From NCBI GenBank assembly GCA_040954595.2, contig CM082578.2, forward strand, positions 18,308,728 through 18,372,727: 64,000 nucleotides of DNA, read 5' to 3'. Below, one piece after another: positions 14,997-26,601 of the stretch; the stretch's first letter is position 1, and every line of letters starts with the position of its first letter. Below the pieces are notes generated by a model. The model did not search any database and was not told where the DNA came from. It worked only from the letters and a program-made list of their open reading frames with translations. Origin of the DNA: Balanoglossus misakiensis. Its lineage: Eukaryota; Animalia; Hemichordata. A program made the position numbers and the translations under genes.

Positions 14997-17284
14997 AAAT
15001 ATAGCTGCAAGCAGCGATGACGGGCCCAAGCTTAAGCCGAAGGTCAAAGGTCATAAGTGGTCACCCAAAATTTGGGCAAGAAATTTTGACCCCATACTGG
15101 TCCGTGTCACACAAGAACAAAATCTCTAGCCCTATTGGTTCGCCTACAATTAGGTATGTGCATAATTAATGAGGTAAAGTGTAAGGCTCCATCAGGAGTT
15201 CCATCCCTCCAAATGCCAAGGCTGTAGCTGCTGTGCATGCCGAGATATGGTAAAGTAGGTCAAAGGTCACCTGAGGTCACCCAAAATTTGGGCAAGAAAT
15301 TTTGACCCCATACTGGTTCATGTTCAGCAATAACCAAACCTCTAGTCCTATTGGTTGGCCTGGAATTAGGTATGCACATAATTAATGAGATAAGCAGGTG
15401 TCACAGGTGACCCTCAATTTTGGCTTTTAAATTTTAGTCCCAACCCTCCAAACGCCAAGTCTGTACCTGCTCTGGATGCCGAGATATAGGAAAGTAGGTC
15501 AAAGGTCACCTGAGGTCACCCAAAATTTGGGCAATTTTTTTTTACCCTTTACTGGTCCATGTCCCACAAGCACAAAACCTCTAGCCCTATTAGTTAGCCC
15601 AGAATTAGGTATGCACATAATTAATGAGTTAAGCAGGTGTTACAGGTGAGCCCAAAATTTTGCCTTTTATTTTGGTCCCATTCTGCTCACGGGCCAATAG
15701 AGAGTCACAGTACAGGACCATTGCACAGATGTGGACATAGCATCATAGCTTAACTATAGAAAGTATAGGCCTATGGCTGGGTCCAAAAAATATGAAATAT
15801 AATATTTAAAAATCTTCTTCTCAAAATTGACTTGGCCCAGAGCCTTGAAATTTAGCATGTAGGACACTGACCATATGGTCCGCAAAATGATTGCACAGAA
15901 TTTTGATATCATCATTCATATGCAAATTAGGCCCATTTGAAAACTTTGCCCATATATGGTCATCAGGTCATGTGACTAATTACACATTCACGAGGGTACT
16001 GCACGAGCTCTCATAGACCTGCACCATTGTGCCAAGTTTGAGATTTGTAGGTTCAGCCGTTTTCAAGATCTACCTGAGCAAAAAAACTACACAAGAAAAA
16101 AAAAAAAAAAAAGATGAAATATAGCTGCAAGCAGCGATGACGGGCCCAAGCTTAAGCCGAAGGTCAAAGGTCATAAGTGGTCACCCAAAATTTGGGCAAG
16201 AAATTTTGACCCCATACTGGTCCGTGTCCCACAAGAACAAAATCTCTAGCCCTATTGGTTCGCCTATAATTATGTATGTGCATAATTAATGAGGTAAAGT
16301 GTAAGGCTCCATCAGGAGTTCCATCCCTCCAAATGCCAAGGCTGTAGATGCTGTGCATGCCGAGATATGGTAAAGTAGGTCAAAGGTCACCTGAGGTCAC
16401 CCAAAATTTGGGCAAGAAATTTTGACCCCATACTGGTTCATGTTCAGCAAAAATCAAACCTCTAGTCCTATTGGTTGGCCTGGAATTAGGTATGCACATA
16501 ATTAATGAGATAAGCAGGTGTCACAGGTGACCCTCAATTTTGGCTTTTAAATTTTAATCCCAACCCTCCAAACGCCAAGTCTGTACCTGCTCTGGATGCC
16601 GAGATATAGGAAAGTAGGTCAAAGGTCACCTGAGGTCACCCAAAATTTGGGCAATTTTTTTTTACCCTATACTGGTCCATGTCCCACAAGCACAAAACCT
16701 CTAGCCCTATTAGTTAGCCCAGAATTAGGTATGCACATAATTAATGAGTTAAGCAGGTGTTACAGGTGAGCCCAAAATTTTGCCTTTTATTTTGGTCCCA
16801 TTTCGCTCACGGGCCAATAGAGAGTCACAGTACAGGACCATTGCACAGATGTGGACATAGCATCATAGCTTAACTATAGAAAGTATAGGCCTATGGCTGG
16901 GTCCAAAAAATATGAAATATAATATTTAAAAATCTTCTTCTCAAAATTGACTTGGCCCAGAGCCTTGAAATTTAGCATGTAGGACACTGACCATATGGTC
17001 CGCAAAATGATTGCACAGAATTTTGATATCGTCATTCATATGCAAATTAGGCCCATTTGAAAACTTTGCCCATATATGGTCATCAGGTCATGTGACTAAT
17101 TACACATTCACGAGGGTACTGCACAAGCTCTCATAGACCTGCACCATTGTGCCAAGTTTGAGATTTGTAGGTTCAGCCGTTTTCAAGATCTACCTGAGCA
17201 AAAAAACTACACAAGAAAAAAAAAAAGATGAAAAACCCCAGTAATACCAATAGGGCACAAGCCTGCTTGGCTTGTGCCCTAATT
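14997..17284 (-). mobile_element. Non-autonomous Helentron/DINE-1-like element, subfamily A, as a near-identical 1120-bp tandem duplication
   Basis: Sequence at 15001 recurs at 16121 (period 1120). On the minus strand the 5' end is a palindrome AGGGCACAAGC..GCTTGTGCCCT (17252-17280). The 3' end is subTIR GCTTGGGCCC plus a short hairpin GCTGC-TT-GCAGC and TATATTT. There is no TSD and the junctions are T-rich. Internal subrepeats are about 215-240 bp; no transposase ORF. Confidence 0.8.
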
Positions 17285-18560
17285 AAAGCTGCAAGCAGCA
17301 TTGGCGGGGCACAAGCGGTTCCCATGGTGACCAGCAAATGCCACGGCTGTATCTGCTGGGGATACCAAGATATGGAAAAGTAGGTCAAAGGTCACCTGAG
17401 GTCACCCCAAATTTGGTCAAAAAAATCGGACCCCACACTAGTCTAGGTCCAACAAAAACCAGACCCCTAGCTCTATTGGTTCGCCTAGAATTAGGTATGC
17501 ACATAATTAATGAGGTATTGTGTAAGACTCCATATGTGCTCCACCGCCCCCCCCCCCCCCCCAAAAAGCCAGGACTCTAACTGCTGTGGATGCTGAGATA
17601 TGGGAAAGTAGGTCAAAGGTCATCCAAGGTCACCCAAAATTTGGGCATAAAATTTTGACCCCAGAGTGGGCCATGTCAAACTAAAACCAGACCTCTAGCC
17701 CTATTGGATAGCCTGGAATTAGATATGCAGAAAAATGATGTTTCAGAAATAGGTCAAGGGTTATTGCTAAAATTACCAAAATAGTTGTGTCATGTCCTGG
17801 CAGCATTGGTACCCATGTCCACAAAATTCATGACTGTGGTGCTTTTACAAGAGGAGCTATGGGGAATATGCATATATAATTAGTTGTTGTAAAACTGGGT
17901 CAAAGGTCATGTGAAAATTGCCCCCCAAAATTGTGACAACTTCTGGTCATATGATGACTCATATCCAAAGAAAGAATTTCCATGCTGTCAACATTTTGGC
18001 TAAAAAACGGAATTTTCATTTTTCAATGGTTTTCCGAAAATCCAACATGGCCGCCATAATGATCGACCAATCACAGTGCGCTTCGCAAACTTGATAGACA
18101 TAGGTTAGGTGACCACATACCCCGAATCCCGTGACTGGGCAATCGCTGGTTCTGGAGAAGAAGATTTTTAAAGTTTTAAGCAGTTTTTCAGAAAAACAAT
18201 TGTAGCAAAAAAACTTTATGTATGACGTCATGATTTTAATGGGGTAAAATGATGGACATAAGGTAGGCTACCTGCACACCAAATTTGAACTCGATAGGCC
18301 CAGTGGTTTTTGAGAAGGACTCGTTTAACGATTTTCAGGAAATCCAATATGGCCGCCAGGTCACGTGACTAATTAAATATTCACGAGCCACTGCACGTCT
18401 ACTCATTGGCCCCTATCACCCTACCAAGTTTCAGCCCCCTAGGTGCTGGGGTTTTCCAGATCTACCTGGCCGAATTTTGGGGAAGAAGAAGAAGAAGAAT
18501 AAAGAAAAATTCCAACAATACCAATAGGGGCACAAGCCCGATAGGCTTGTGCCCCTAATT
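17281..18560 (-). mobile_element. Non-autonomous Helentron/DINE-1-like element, subfamily B (about 1.28 kb)
   Basis: Minus strand: 5' palindrome AGGGGCACAAGC..GCTTGTGCCCCT (18526-18556), then a (CTT)n microsatellite and the body, then 3' subTIR GCTTGTGCCCC and hairpin GCTGCTTGCAGC-TTTAATT. This is the subTIR, inverted repeat, microsatellite and 3' stem-loop layout described for DINE-1/HINE elements. A second copy lies at 35411-36675. Confidence 0.82.
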
Positions 18561-19453
18561 ATGCATCAAAAATGTTTGTGGTTGATGGGTAAAACTTTAT
18601 TTTTCGTTTCACATATAGTTTTCACATCTCAGTGTACTTGGATGTAACTCGTACTTTAACATGATAGGTTTTATACAATTTTCTTTGCATGTGTCTGTGA
18701 AAATGACTTTGTTTCACTGACATGTCAGTTTGTTATTGTGGTAATTTACGTTAAACCATGTCTAAAGTAGACACTAAAGGGACTGAAACAATGTGAAGGG
18801 AACTGAAAAAGAATTCAGTTCAGACAGGTGTCCAGATTATACAGGGTTTGGTTTTTAGACAATATCATTTTCAGAGACCTGTGTAAGATATTGAAGAATA
18901 TATGTTTCTGTGTTGGTATTTATGCAGAGAAACAAACACAAAGATTCCATGTACATGTATATCTGCTCTCAAAAGTTTGTCACAATGCCACATACACATC
19001 TTGGTTCCATACCTAAGAATCAGAGAACCAAAATTATCTTCCAGTTTCATGAATAGTGCAATCATTTCCTGTAGTAGATATCACCCAACCTTTTATTCAT
19101 ATCAGTGAGATTAATTTTGTTGATGATTGGAGTTGATCACTTACATAGAGGGAAATAAACTTAATAAGTTTATAATTATACAAGACTTCTTGCAGTTTTA
19201 TTTTGAACACGGTATGGTGGTTTATTCATAAGCTGCACATATTACGTATAGGTGGGGACAGTCTGAGAATACATAAATGTTGACCATTGTGAGTATTTGT
19301 TGTAGGGTGCCAGTTTCTGTTCTGTCGCACTTGCACCTTGTTATTATAAGGTTACGAAGTGCGGCAGGCAAACTGAAACATACAAAAAAGAGGGGAAACT
19401 TTCAAATTTGAAATAATCCATCTACGTTTCCTGAGTTCATGTACCACTATTGG

Positions 19454-20697
19454 CAATCTGATTAAAATCAGATGTAGGGAACGGCGACTTGGTTTTTTTA
19501 TGTTGTCGCCTCACACTACATCTGACCAACTACAACTGGAGATCTCGCTGAACTCTCGCGTTCCGACCCGGCCAATCAGATTGCGTGTTGTGCCGACTAA
19601 AGAATTGCACTGGGAGATGGGAGAAATGTTGTTGTTGACTTCGAGTATCGCACAGAATACGAAAGATTGGCTTTCTCTTGTGAACAATTACATGTAATCC
19701 CATGATATCTTTCTTTGTTTGGCGTCATCGTATGCGAATGATTTTCGCAGAGCAGTGAAACGTCGAGCTGTAGCCATATACAAATGATGAACTGTCGCCG
19801 ATCATTCATTAACTCTCCTAACTAGTCGTCATGTTCGCCCTCATAGTCATGCTGCCAGTCGGAAAATGACGTACTTCATGTAAAAGTTTATAAAAAATAA
19901 ACCAAATTTCACTGCCATGTATCCCAAAACAATTTATGTGACAGATTTTTAAAAAGAAAGCTAACTTCGGCTAAGGAATGTCAAGTCATAGCTCCGCGTT
20001 CAGGTCTGTGTGTTCCCGACACACCATGAACACAGCCCTGCATAAGGCCCCATAGACAAAACTGGTGCGTCTGCGGTCCGGACCCGGACGCCCGACCGCA
20101 GCTTTTTCTGTCGAAATTCGATTTTATCGAAGCAAAATCCTTTCCCTGTCTACTTCAACCGACCCCAAATATGATGCGATTAACTTCTTCTAACGTCCGT
20201 GTAACGCCGGGAACACACAGACCTGCACGCAGAGCTAGTCAAGTCAGTGCAGCTGTGCAGTCGGTCGGTATACTATCGTGTATACAAACGATCGTGGCGA
20301 CAGAATCTCTCCCTGGGACGGCCTTACACAAATGTAATCGATTCTCTAACAATTTTACTGCGACTTGTTGCCACGTCTTATACATTTCGTTGACCGGTGG
20401 AATATAGAGGTTCAGTCGTCACGCTGAACTGGCTCGAAACCATTCCCCACGCTGATTCGACTCTCGCGCCCGGGATATATGTCTGTGGTAGCTCCATGGT
20501 AACAACCGCAAGGGGCCAGGTCATGTGATTGTGGGTTGTCTATCATTTGCTATAAGGCGCCTTCTGATTGGATTAGAATCCCAGTAATTCTCGCGGAGTT
20601 CAGCGAGATCTCCAGTTGTAGTTGGTCAGATGTAGTGTGAGGCGACAACATAAAAAAACCAAGTCGCCGTTCCCTACATCTGATTTTAATCAGATTG
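19454..20697. mobile_element. Non-autonomous DNA transposon with perfect 102-bp TIRs and 9-bp TSD (MULE-like by TSD and TIR length)
   Basis: 19454-19555 is the exact reverse complement of 20596-20697. Direct repeat CACTATTGG flanks it at 19445-19453 and 20698-20706; an alternative parse gives 1-bp longer ends with a 7-bp TSD. No transposase ORF inside. Confidence 0.92.
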
Positions 20698-21139
20698 CAC
20701 TATTGGGTGCAGGCCTGTGGGTCGTGACCTTTGGTTTCTGAAGGTCAGTCAAGCTCTAGTCTTTGGCGCGCTCGCCTGAACACAAGTACTTACATGTACT
20801 ATTATTTTCCCCGACATTATACGCCCCTGGCTCCGTGCGGTCACATGAAAGTGGAGGGCTAAGTAATCATTATTAAAAATACACACTTTCCGAGTTCACA
20901 GCAGTAAGGCTTTTAATTTTGATGGGAGTGTACCATGGACGTCCACGGTTTCTTTAAACTTCACTCTACTAACAGAACCAATGGCTGTATAAAAAGGTCT
21001 TGTTATATGGATTATCATAGCATAATGTACAATTTAAATATTACTAGTATCTTTGTGATGAAATACTGGTAGACAATACATTTGTATGGACAAAACCCGT
21101 GAATATGGGTGTGACATGTTGGTATATCTGACTTGAATG

Positions 21140-21310
21140 TGGCGCCCAAACAGTAACCAATCAGTTAGCTCAGTTGGTAATTAGTCCATGACGTCATATA
21201 CAACCAATCAGCAACCCGAATAAATTTGCATGTATCCAGGCAGGTCACGAACTCTGACCTTTGTCGCTGTTCTGCAGGCACGTTTTCTTTGAAAAATAGA
21301 CGAAAAGGTA
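21140..21310 (+). promoter_or_regulatory. Probable NR2C promoter and non-coding first exon
   Basis: CpG-rich island with CCAAT boxes (about 21157 and 21204), CRE TGACGTCA (21189-21196) and nuclear-receptor half sites (21242-21260). A splice donor AAG|GTAAGG follows 21307. An acceptor at 26575/26576 lies just upstream of the ATG. Confidence 0.6.
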
Positions 21311-22910
21311 AGGAAAATTCGTATCATTTGGTCATAATTTTGTGCATTGATTGTCCAAGCAGCTTATTGACCGGAGATAAGGTATGTAGCTCGAAAGATC
21401 GACCCAAATATGGGAATCGTTCGACACGGTGTTGTTTCACTTCCAAGCGTCTGAATGCCCAGAGAAGTGTGTGCATTTTCAACCAGACGCGTTGAATTTT
21501 CAGTGTTTTTTTCAAGAATATTTAAGAGATTAAATCGTCATTTTTCGCAATTATGAATACAATAATCGGAATAAAATTTTATTTAGTAGTAGATTCTCTC
21601 ACAACTAGAGCAATTTCCGAGTTATTTTGCTATGTTATTGATGTTTTTTAACCCATGACCTTTGTGTGGTTGTTGTTGCAGAATGACCCCTTCGCGCCAA
21701 AAATGGCCCTGTACGCCTTGGGTCGCGTCTTCCCCTTTCGCGACTTTTCGTCTTTGTCTACTCTATTTGCCGTTCGTTATTGTTAAATCTTACATGACGC
21801 CAAAATTTTATACGGAAAACGAATGCATCTTCACATTTCGGTCATTGATGAACGGTAAAAATCCATATTTAGGCGTGTTTTTTTCCATGCTGACGTTTCA
21901 CTGTGTTCCAATATGGCTACTGACACTGTCTGAAACCATACAACAGTCGGCCATTACTGTTCGACGCGCTTCGTGCGCAATGCATTATTCGAGCGCTTTT
22001 CTCCCATTATTCTGTTTAGAAGCTCCAGACAGACTAGTTTATCGCGATTTTTTGTCAAAAAACTTCGTCTGTGCGATATTACGTAGAATAAACAACGAAA
22101 AGTTACCATGGTAATTGCAAGTGGAAAGGTTTCGGGTCATAAATTGGCCCTAATTTGAATATTCTCCATATTGTGTGAAAACGAGATGTCGATGTCAATG
22201 GTGAAACAGACATAGGTCATGCAAACGAGGCGTATGAAACACGCAGCAGTGGTGTGTGGTTTTGTTGTATCATTTATGCCATAGTAATCTCATTAAATAT
22301 TTTGTACTGCTTTTTTGTAATGTTAAAAATGCAAACACGAAATGCAACATGTTGGTATTAAATTTACAGTATTATAATATTTCATATACATCATTTATTT
22401 ATACAGTGAACTGTACAAATGTAGTGTGCATTTGCCTTTTAGGTTAAGGTTGATTATGTTATTTTTTGTGCTTGAATATTTAAAAACAAACATATTGTTT
22501 TATTCATTTTCATTTTTCCCACTGTCAGTTTCAGTTAATTTTACAATTTGAAGGCCTTTGTTCATATACATAAATAATGGAAGCTTGTTATCGTGAGGGT
22601 AGTATAGGTCCAATATGGTCAAACTTGTTTGATCCACCAAGTTACTTCAGCTGTACAGTAGCTCAGAGCACGAACTTGCTGTTCTCTACACATGAAAAAG
22701 GATGTTGGCAGGTACATTTGTATTAGTCATTAACAAATGCATTTGGAAAGAAAGGTGGATGCACAACAACACACTGAAAGCTTCATATGTGTTGGTGATA
22801 AAATTATTGGTCATCCTTATTATGTCGTACAAATATATGCTGTGTATAAACTAGTCACTGCTTTTTAACAGTGAGTGAGTCTCTAAAGCCTATTTCTATT
22901 TTCAGAAAAG

Positions 22911-23009
22911 AAAATTTCTGTGGATTTACAAAATGTTAGACCTCTCCCCCTTTCTCGAAAATTTCTGTGGATTTACGAAATGTTAGACCTCTACAGTACC
23001 CCTTTCTCG
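22911..23009. repeat. Local tandem duplication of about 47 bp (2 copies) in the putative NR2C first intron
   Basis: AAAATTTCTGTGGATTTAC(A/G)AAATGTTAGACCTCT...CCCCTTTCTCG occurs twice head to tail. Confidence 0.85.
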
Positions 23010-26000
23010 ATATCAATGATTAAACGAATTCACATCTACGTAAAGTGTGTCAATCTGCTTTTGCAGCTGTTTAATTGAGTATGGTGCAATAAAACCTGGC
23101 TGTCTGTACTTGGCTTATAGCCCATGGTCATATCCTTCTGATTGGCTTTACAAAAGTGGCATTTTGTAGATTTCTCAAGGTCATGTTCATTTGTTCGGAA
23201 GACCTGCATCAATAGGAAATGAGTCCCACGTCCAGAAGACAACTTATTTATGTTAGGGTCACCTTGTCACAATCTCCTCCCACCACACGGATGTGCGGAA
23301 TCAGTCTGCTGTGAAAAGTGAAGGGCTTACACAGGCCTGATCCAAGCTTCAAGAAATGTTAATTGTCCACCTTATTCTTGTGTTGTGGCTCTGAGGATAT
23401 GACCCTTGACCTTGACTGGTGGAAGCCATATTGGTGCACTTTGTGTGTGTCTTTTCTTGTGGGTCAAAGGCCATAACATGTAAATTTCCTGCAAGCTGTG
23501 TTGGCTTTGGTGTTTTACCGCCATCAAGTGCTATGAAAAAAAGATACAATGGAGAGAACGCCACTTGGCTAAAAATATAAGCATGTGTACTTTTGCTGAA
23601 GTGATGACTGAAACAAATTTAATTAGTAAAATGCATTAAGTGTATGAAATCGGACAATCATAGTAATAATGTACATGTACATGTGCGTGCATTTCCTGTT
23701 CATTTAGTTCCAGAATTGATGATGCCTGTTTACTCAATCAATGTATAGACTATACATCATGTATTTAGTACATTTTCATATCCAGGATAAATAACCATTT
23801 TTGCATCTGTGTACAACAAGACTACAGCCTTTGCTAATCTTGTTTAAATAACACGTCACAGAAATGTATCTGTTTTACATGCAACCAGCTGGTTAGTGAT
23901 CAGTTCTTGCTGTATGACTGCACTGTCAACCGACAGATAAACACATTCTACATATGATATATAGACCCGAGTGCACAGCCTCTGAAAGGCATTTCCTTAT
24001 GTTCCCACTGAGTATCAGTTACCTGTACATATACATGTTAATGCACGTTCATTTTCTCGCATGTAATATTTGAACTTTTGGTCAATACGCAGAGAATCAA
24101 ACCTTTCATTTGGCTAAGTGACGCAGTAAAAGGAGGATCATTGATACTGTGGAAAAAAACCTGACTCTTAACAATTCACTGATGCATTCATTTATTATGG
24201 TACTACTACAGACCCTTCAAAGGAAAGAAAATATTTTGCCAAGCCAACGTGTCTGCTGATTCTCAGTCAATCTATATTGACTAGGTCGGCGACAAGAGCC
24301 CACCAGACCCTGTATCAGAAGAAATTGTACTTGTTCACTGCTTAGCATTTCAAACATTGTACACATATCTGCTCTGAAGCAAACAACAAAACATGGTGGA
24401 TAGAGTTCACTACATGGGAAAAGATATACCAAAAACATGCTGAGAAAAACGTGCTGATACTTAGTGATAGGCAAAAGGTTAACAAGCAGAATGTTCACAA
24501 TAACTCTCTGTTGGCTTTGGTTCAAAGAGAGTGGAGAAATTCTTCATAGGACATTGCCATACATGTACAAGTTTAATCAATTATAAATTAGGAGACCCTT
24601 GAAGCAGATCTTAAACCTGTGAAAAAAAGGAAAAAATGTATATACACATGTATGTACAAAGTAATCCTCAAAACATCTCGCACTGAAAGTTTGGAATTGG
24701 CTCGAAACTTTGGAAAAATGTCTGTACTGAAACTTAGTGCGCATTGTTGCATGATAATTGAAATTCAGCTTCAATGTCGGACCTCCCCCATAATTTCAGT
24801 TTGCATACATGTATTTTGACATTATTCATGGCCCCATTATGTTGAAAGGCTTTTGGAGTTGAGATTGTGATCAAATTATGTCAACATATTGCAACAGTAC
24901 GAAAAAGACTAAAAGGGTTATCGAAACAACCTCCAAAGTGCTGTTGTTTGGAAGAGAGGGGTGACTGATTCATGTCATTTCCTGACTGCCCATTGTCGAG
25001 GGGGGGGGGGGGGGGAGTTGTGTGGAAATGACCCTTTCAGCTGGAATTGTGAACAGATCAATCAACACGTAGAAAGAAGACCACTTTTGTGCTTGCCTTC
25101 ATTTTGGTACAGACTCACACAAGATATAAATAGTGTATAAATACAGTGCATGTGTATATAAACACAACAAAGGTTAGCATGTTGAAATGTACGCATTAAA
25201 CCCATGACATCCTCTGTTCATCTGGCGCTTTGTCTGCGTCTGTCTGTTTCCAAATTCTGGTAACTCTTGAAGATTGGAAAGTCTTACAAAATGATTTGAT
25301 ATTAACATCCCGCTCTGCAACAAAATGATGCATAAAATACTCTCAGTCTTCGCACAGCTCTCTGTTGCTCGAATGTAAGTGGCCCAATCAGAGAAAATCC
25401 TGGCTGCTACGTGGAATATTATACAATGCCGGCTGTGTTCATTTTCAAACATACACACAATATCTAATCTAACTGACCCTACCTATTCTGTTTTCATCTT
25501 CAATGATTTTTTGTTCTATGTTATGGTTATATTTGTTGGCAAGTGTTTTCTGAATGTTAGTCAAGGGAAAAAAATCAGATGACCTTTACAAGATGGGATT
25601 CGGGTATTTTATGCCGGTTGCCATGGGTACACCACTGATCCTTAATAAGTTGATATTTGCCGATGGCAGATCTGCATATGCTGTTTGAAAGCATATGTCT
25701 TGATTAAATATGCGAGAGCTGAATGTACATTGTAAAATGGAGAGATTGAAAATTTAATAAAAAATCATGTGTAACTAAGAACATGCCATCAACGCAGACG
25801 CACGGCTGGTTGTTATATCACGCGGCCAATCCACTGTGGAGGAGGGGGAATACAGTTGTATGCGCATGTTGGGATTCTTTCTGATTGCTGGTGCTGTTGT
25901 TTTGCATCACACTCACTTATTTTGGTCGAAATTGTAAACATATTGATCTGATCTCAATACTCATTCACACTTTTTGCCTGGTCTCCATTCATTTGTACAT

Positions 26001-26601
26001 GTAGCTGCATAATTAATACATTTGTATACATGTACCAGCACTACTCCAGGCTGTAGACGTTCCTGAAAAATTTTGAGTTACATGTAACTGTTTTAGTTAT
26101 TCAAAAAACCCAAACAGTCTGGTACAGTGATTAAAATAATCCAGTAACATGATCAGAAAAAGAAACTTGTACAGAGTCTTAAGATGAATTTTAGTTTAAT
26201 GAACTGTTTACATGTAAATAAGAACCTTCAAGGGTAATTTAATCAACATTGTGTGGGGAAAATTTCATCTTTTGTTGAATTATTCATTCAGGAAAATTGA
26301 GTGTCTGTAATGCAGAAGCTGTGGCAGTTTTTACCAGCTTTTAGCAATATCTATTTTCAGACTTCAGTAATATGAGCCATGTAATTCATTATTGAAAAGA
26401 GAGAAGGATATCTGTCATAGGAGTATTTCTAAACAGGAGAAAGCAAAATCAATGAAAACAGGAAAAGTCCTATACGGAAAAATTTCACCATGGCATAATA
26501 GTCTCATACAAGATTACATAGATGTAGATACATGTAGCATAATTAAACACATTATATCTCTCTGCCATGTTTCAGCTTGAAGTGTTCCAACTGAAGCCAG
26601 G

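Noticed and set aside
15041-17650. Regularly spaced GTAGGTCAAAGGTCACCTGAGGTCACCC repeats as a CRISPR-like array
   Set aside because: The intervening sequences are over 200 bp and homologous to each other, the context is eukaryotic and there are no cas genes. They are TE subrepeats.
16164-18231. Short ORFs inside the Helentron-like elements (also 35365-36072)
   Set aside because: 60-80 aa, no Rep/helicase/transposase motifs and not maintained between copies.
21662-22114. 150-aa ORF
   Set aside because: Non-ATG start, no recognisable domain, and it lies in the CpG-rich start of the putative NR2C first intron.
24999-25015. Poly-G runs (also about 29945 and 54121) as functional G-quadruplexes
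   Set aside because: Simple homopolymers with unreliable length and no supporting context.
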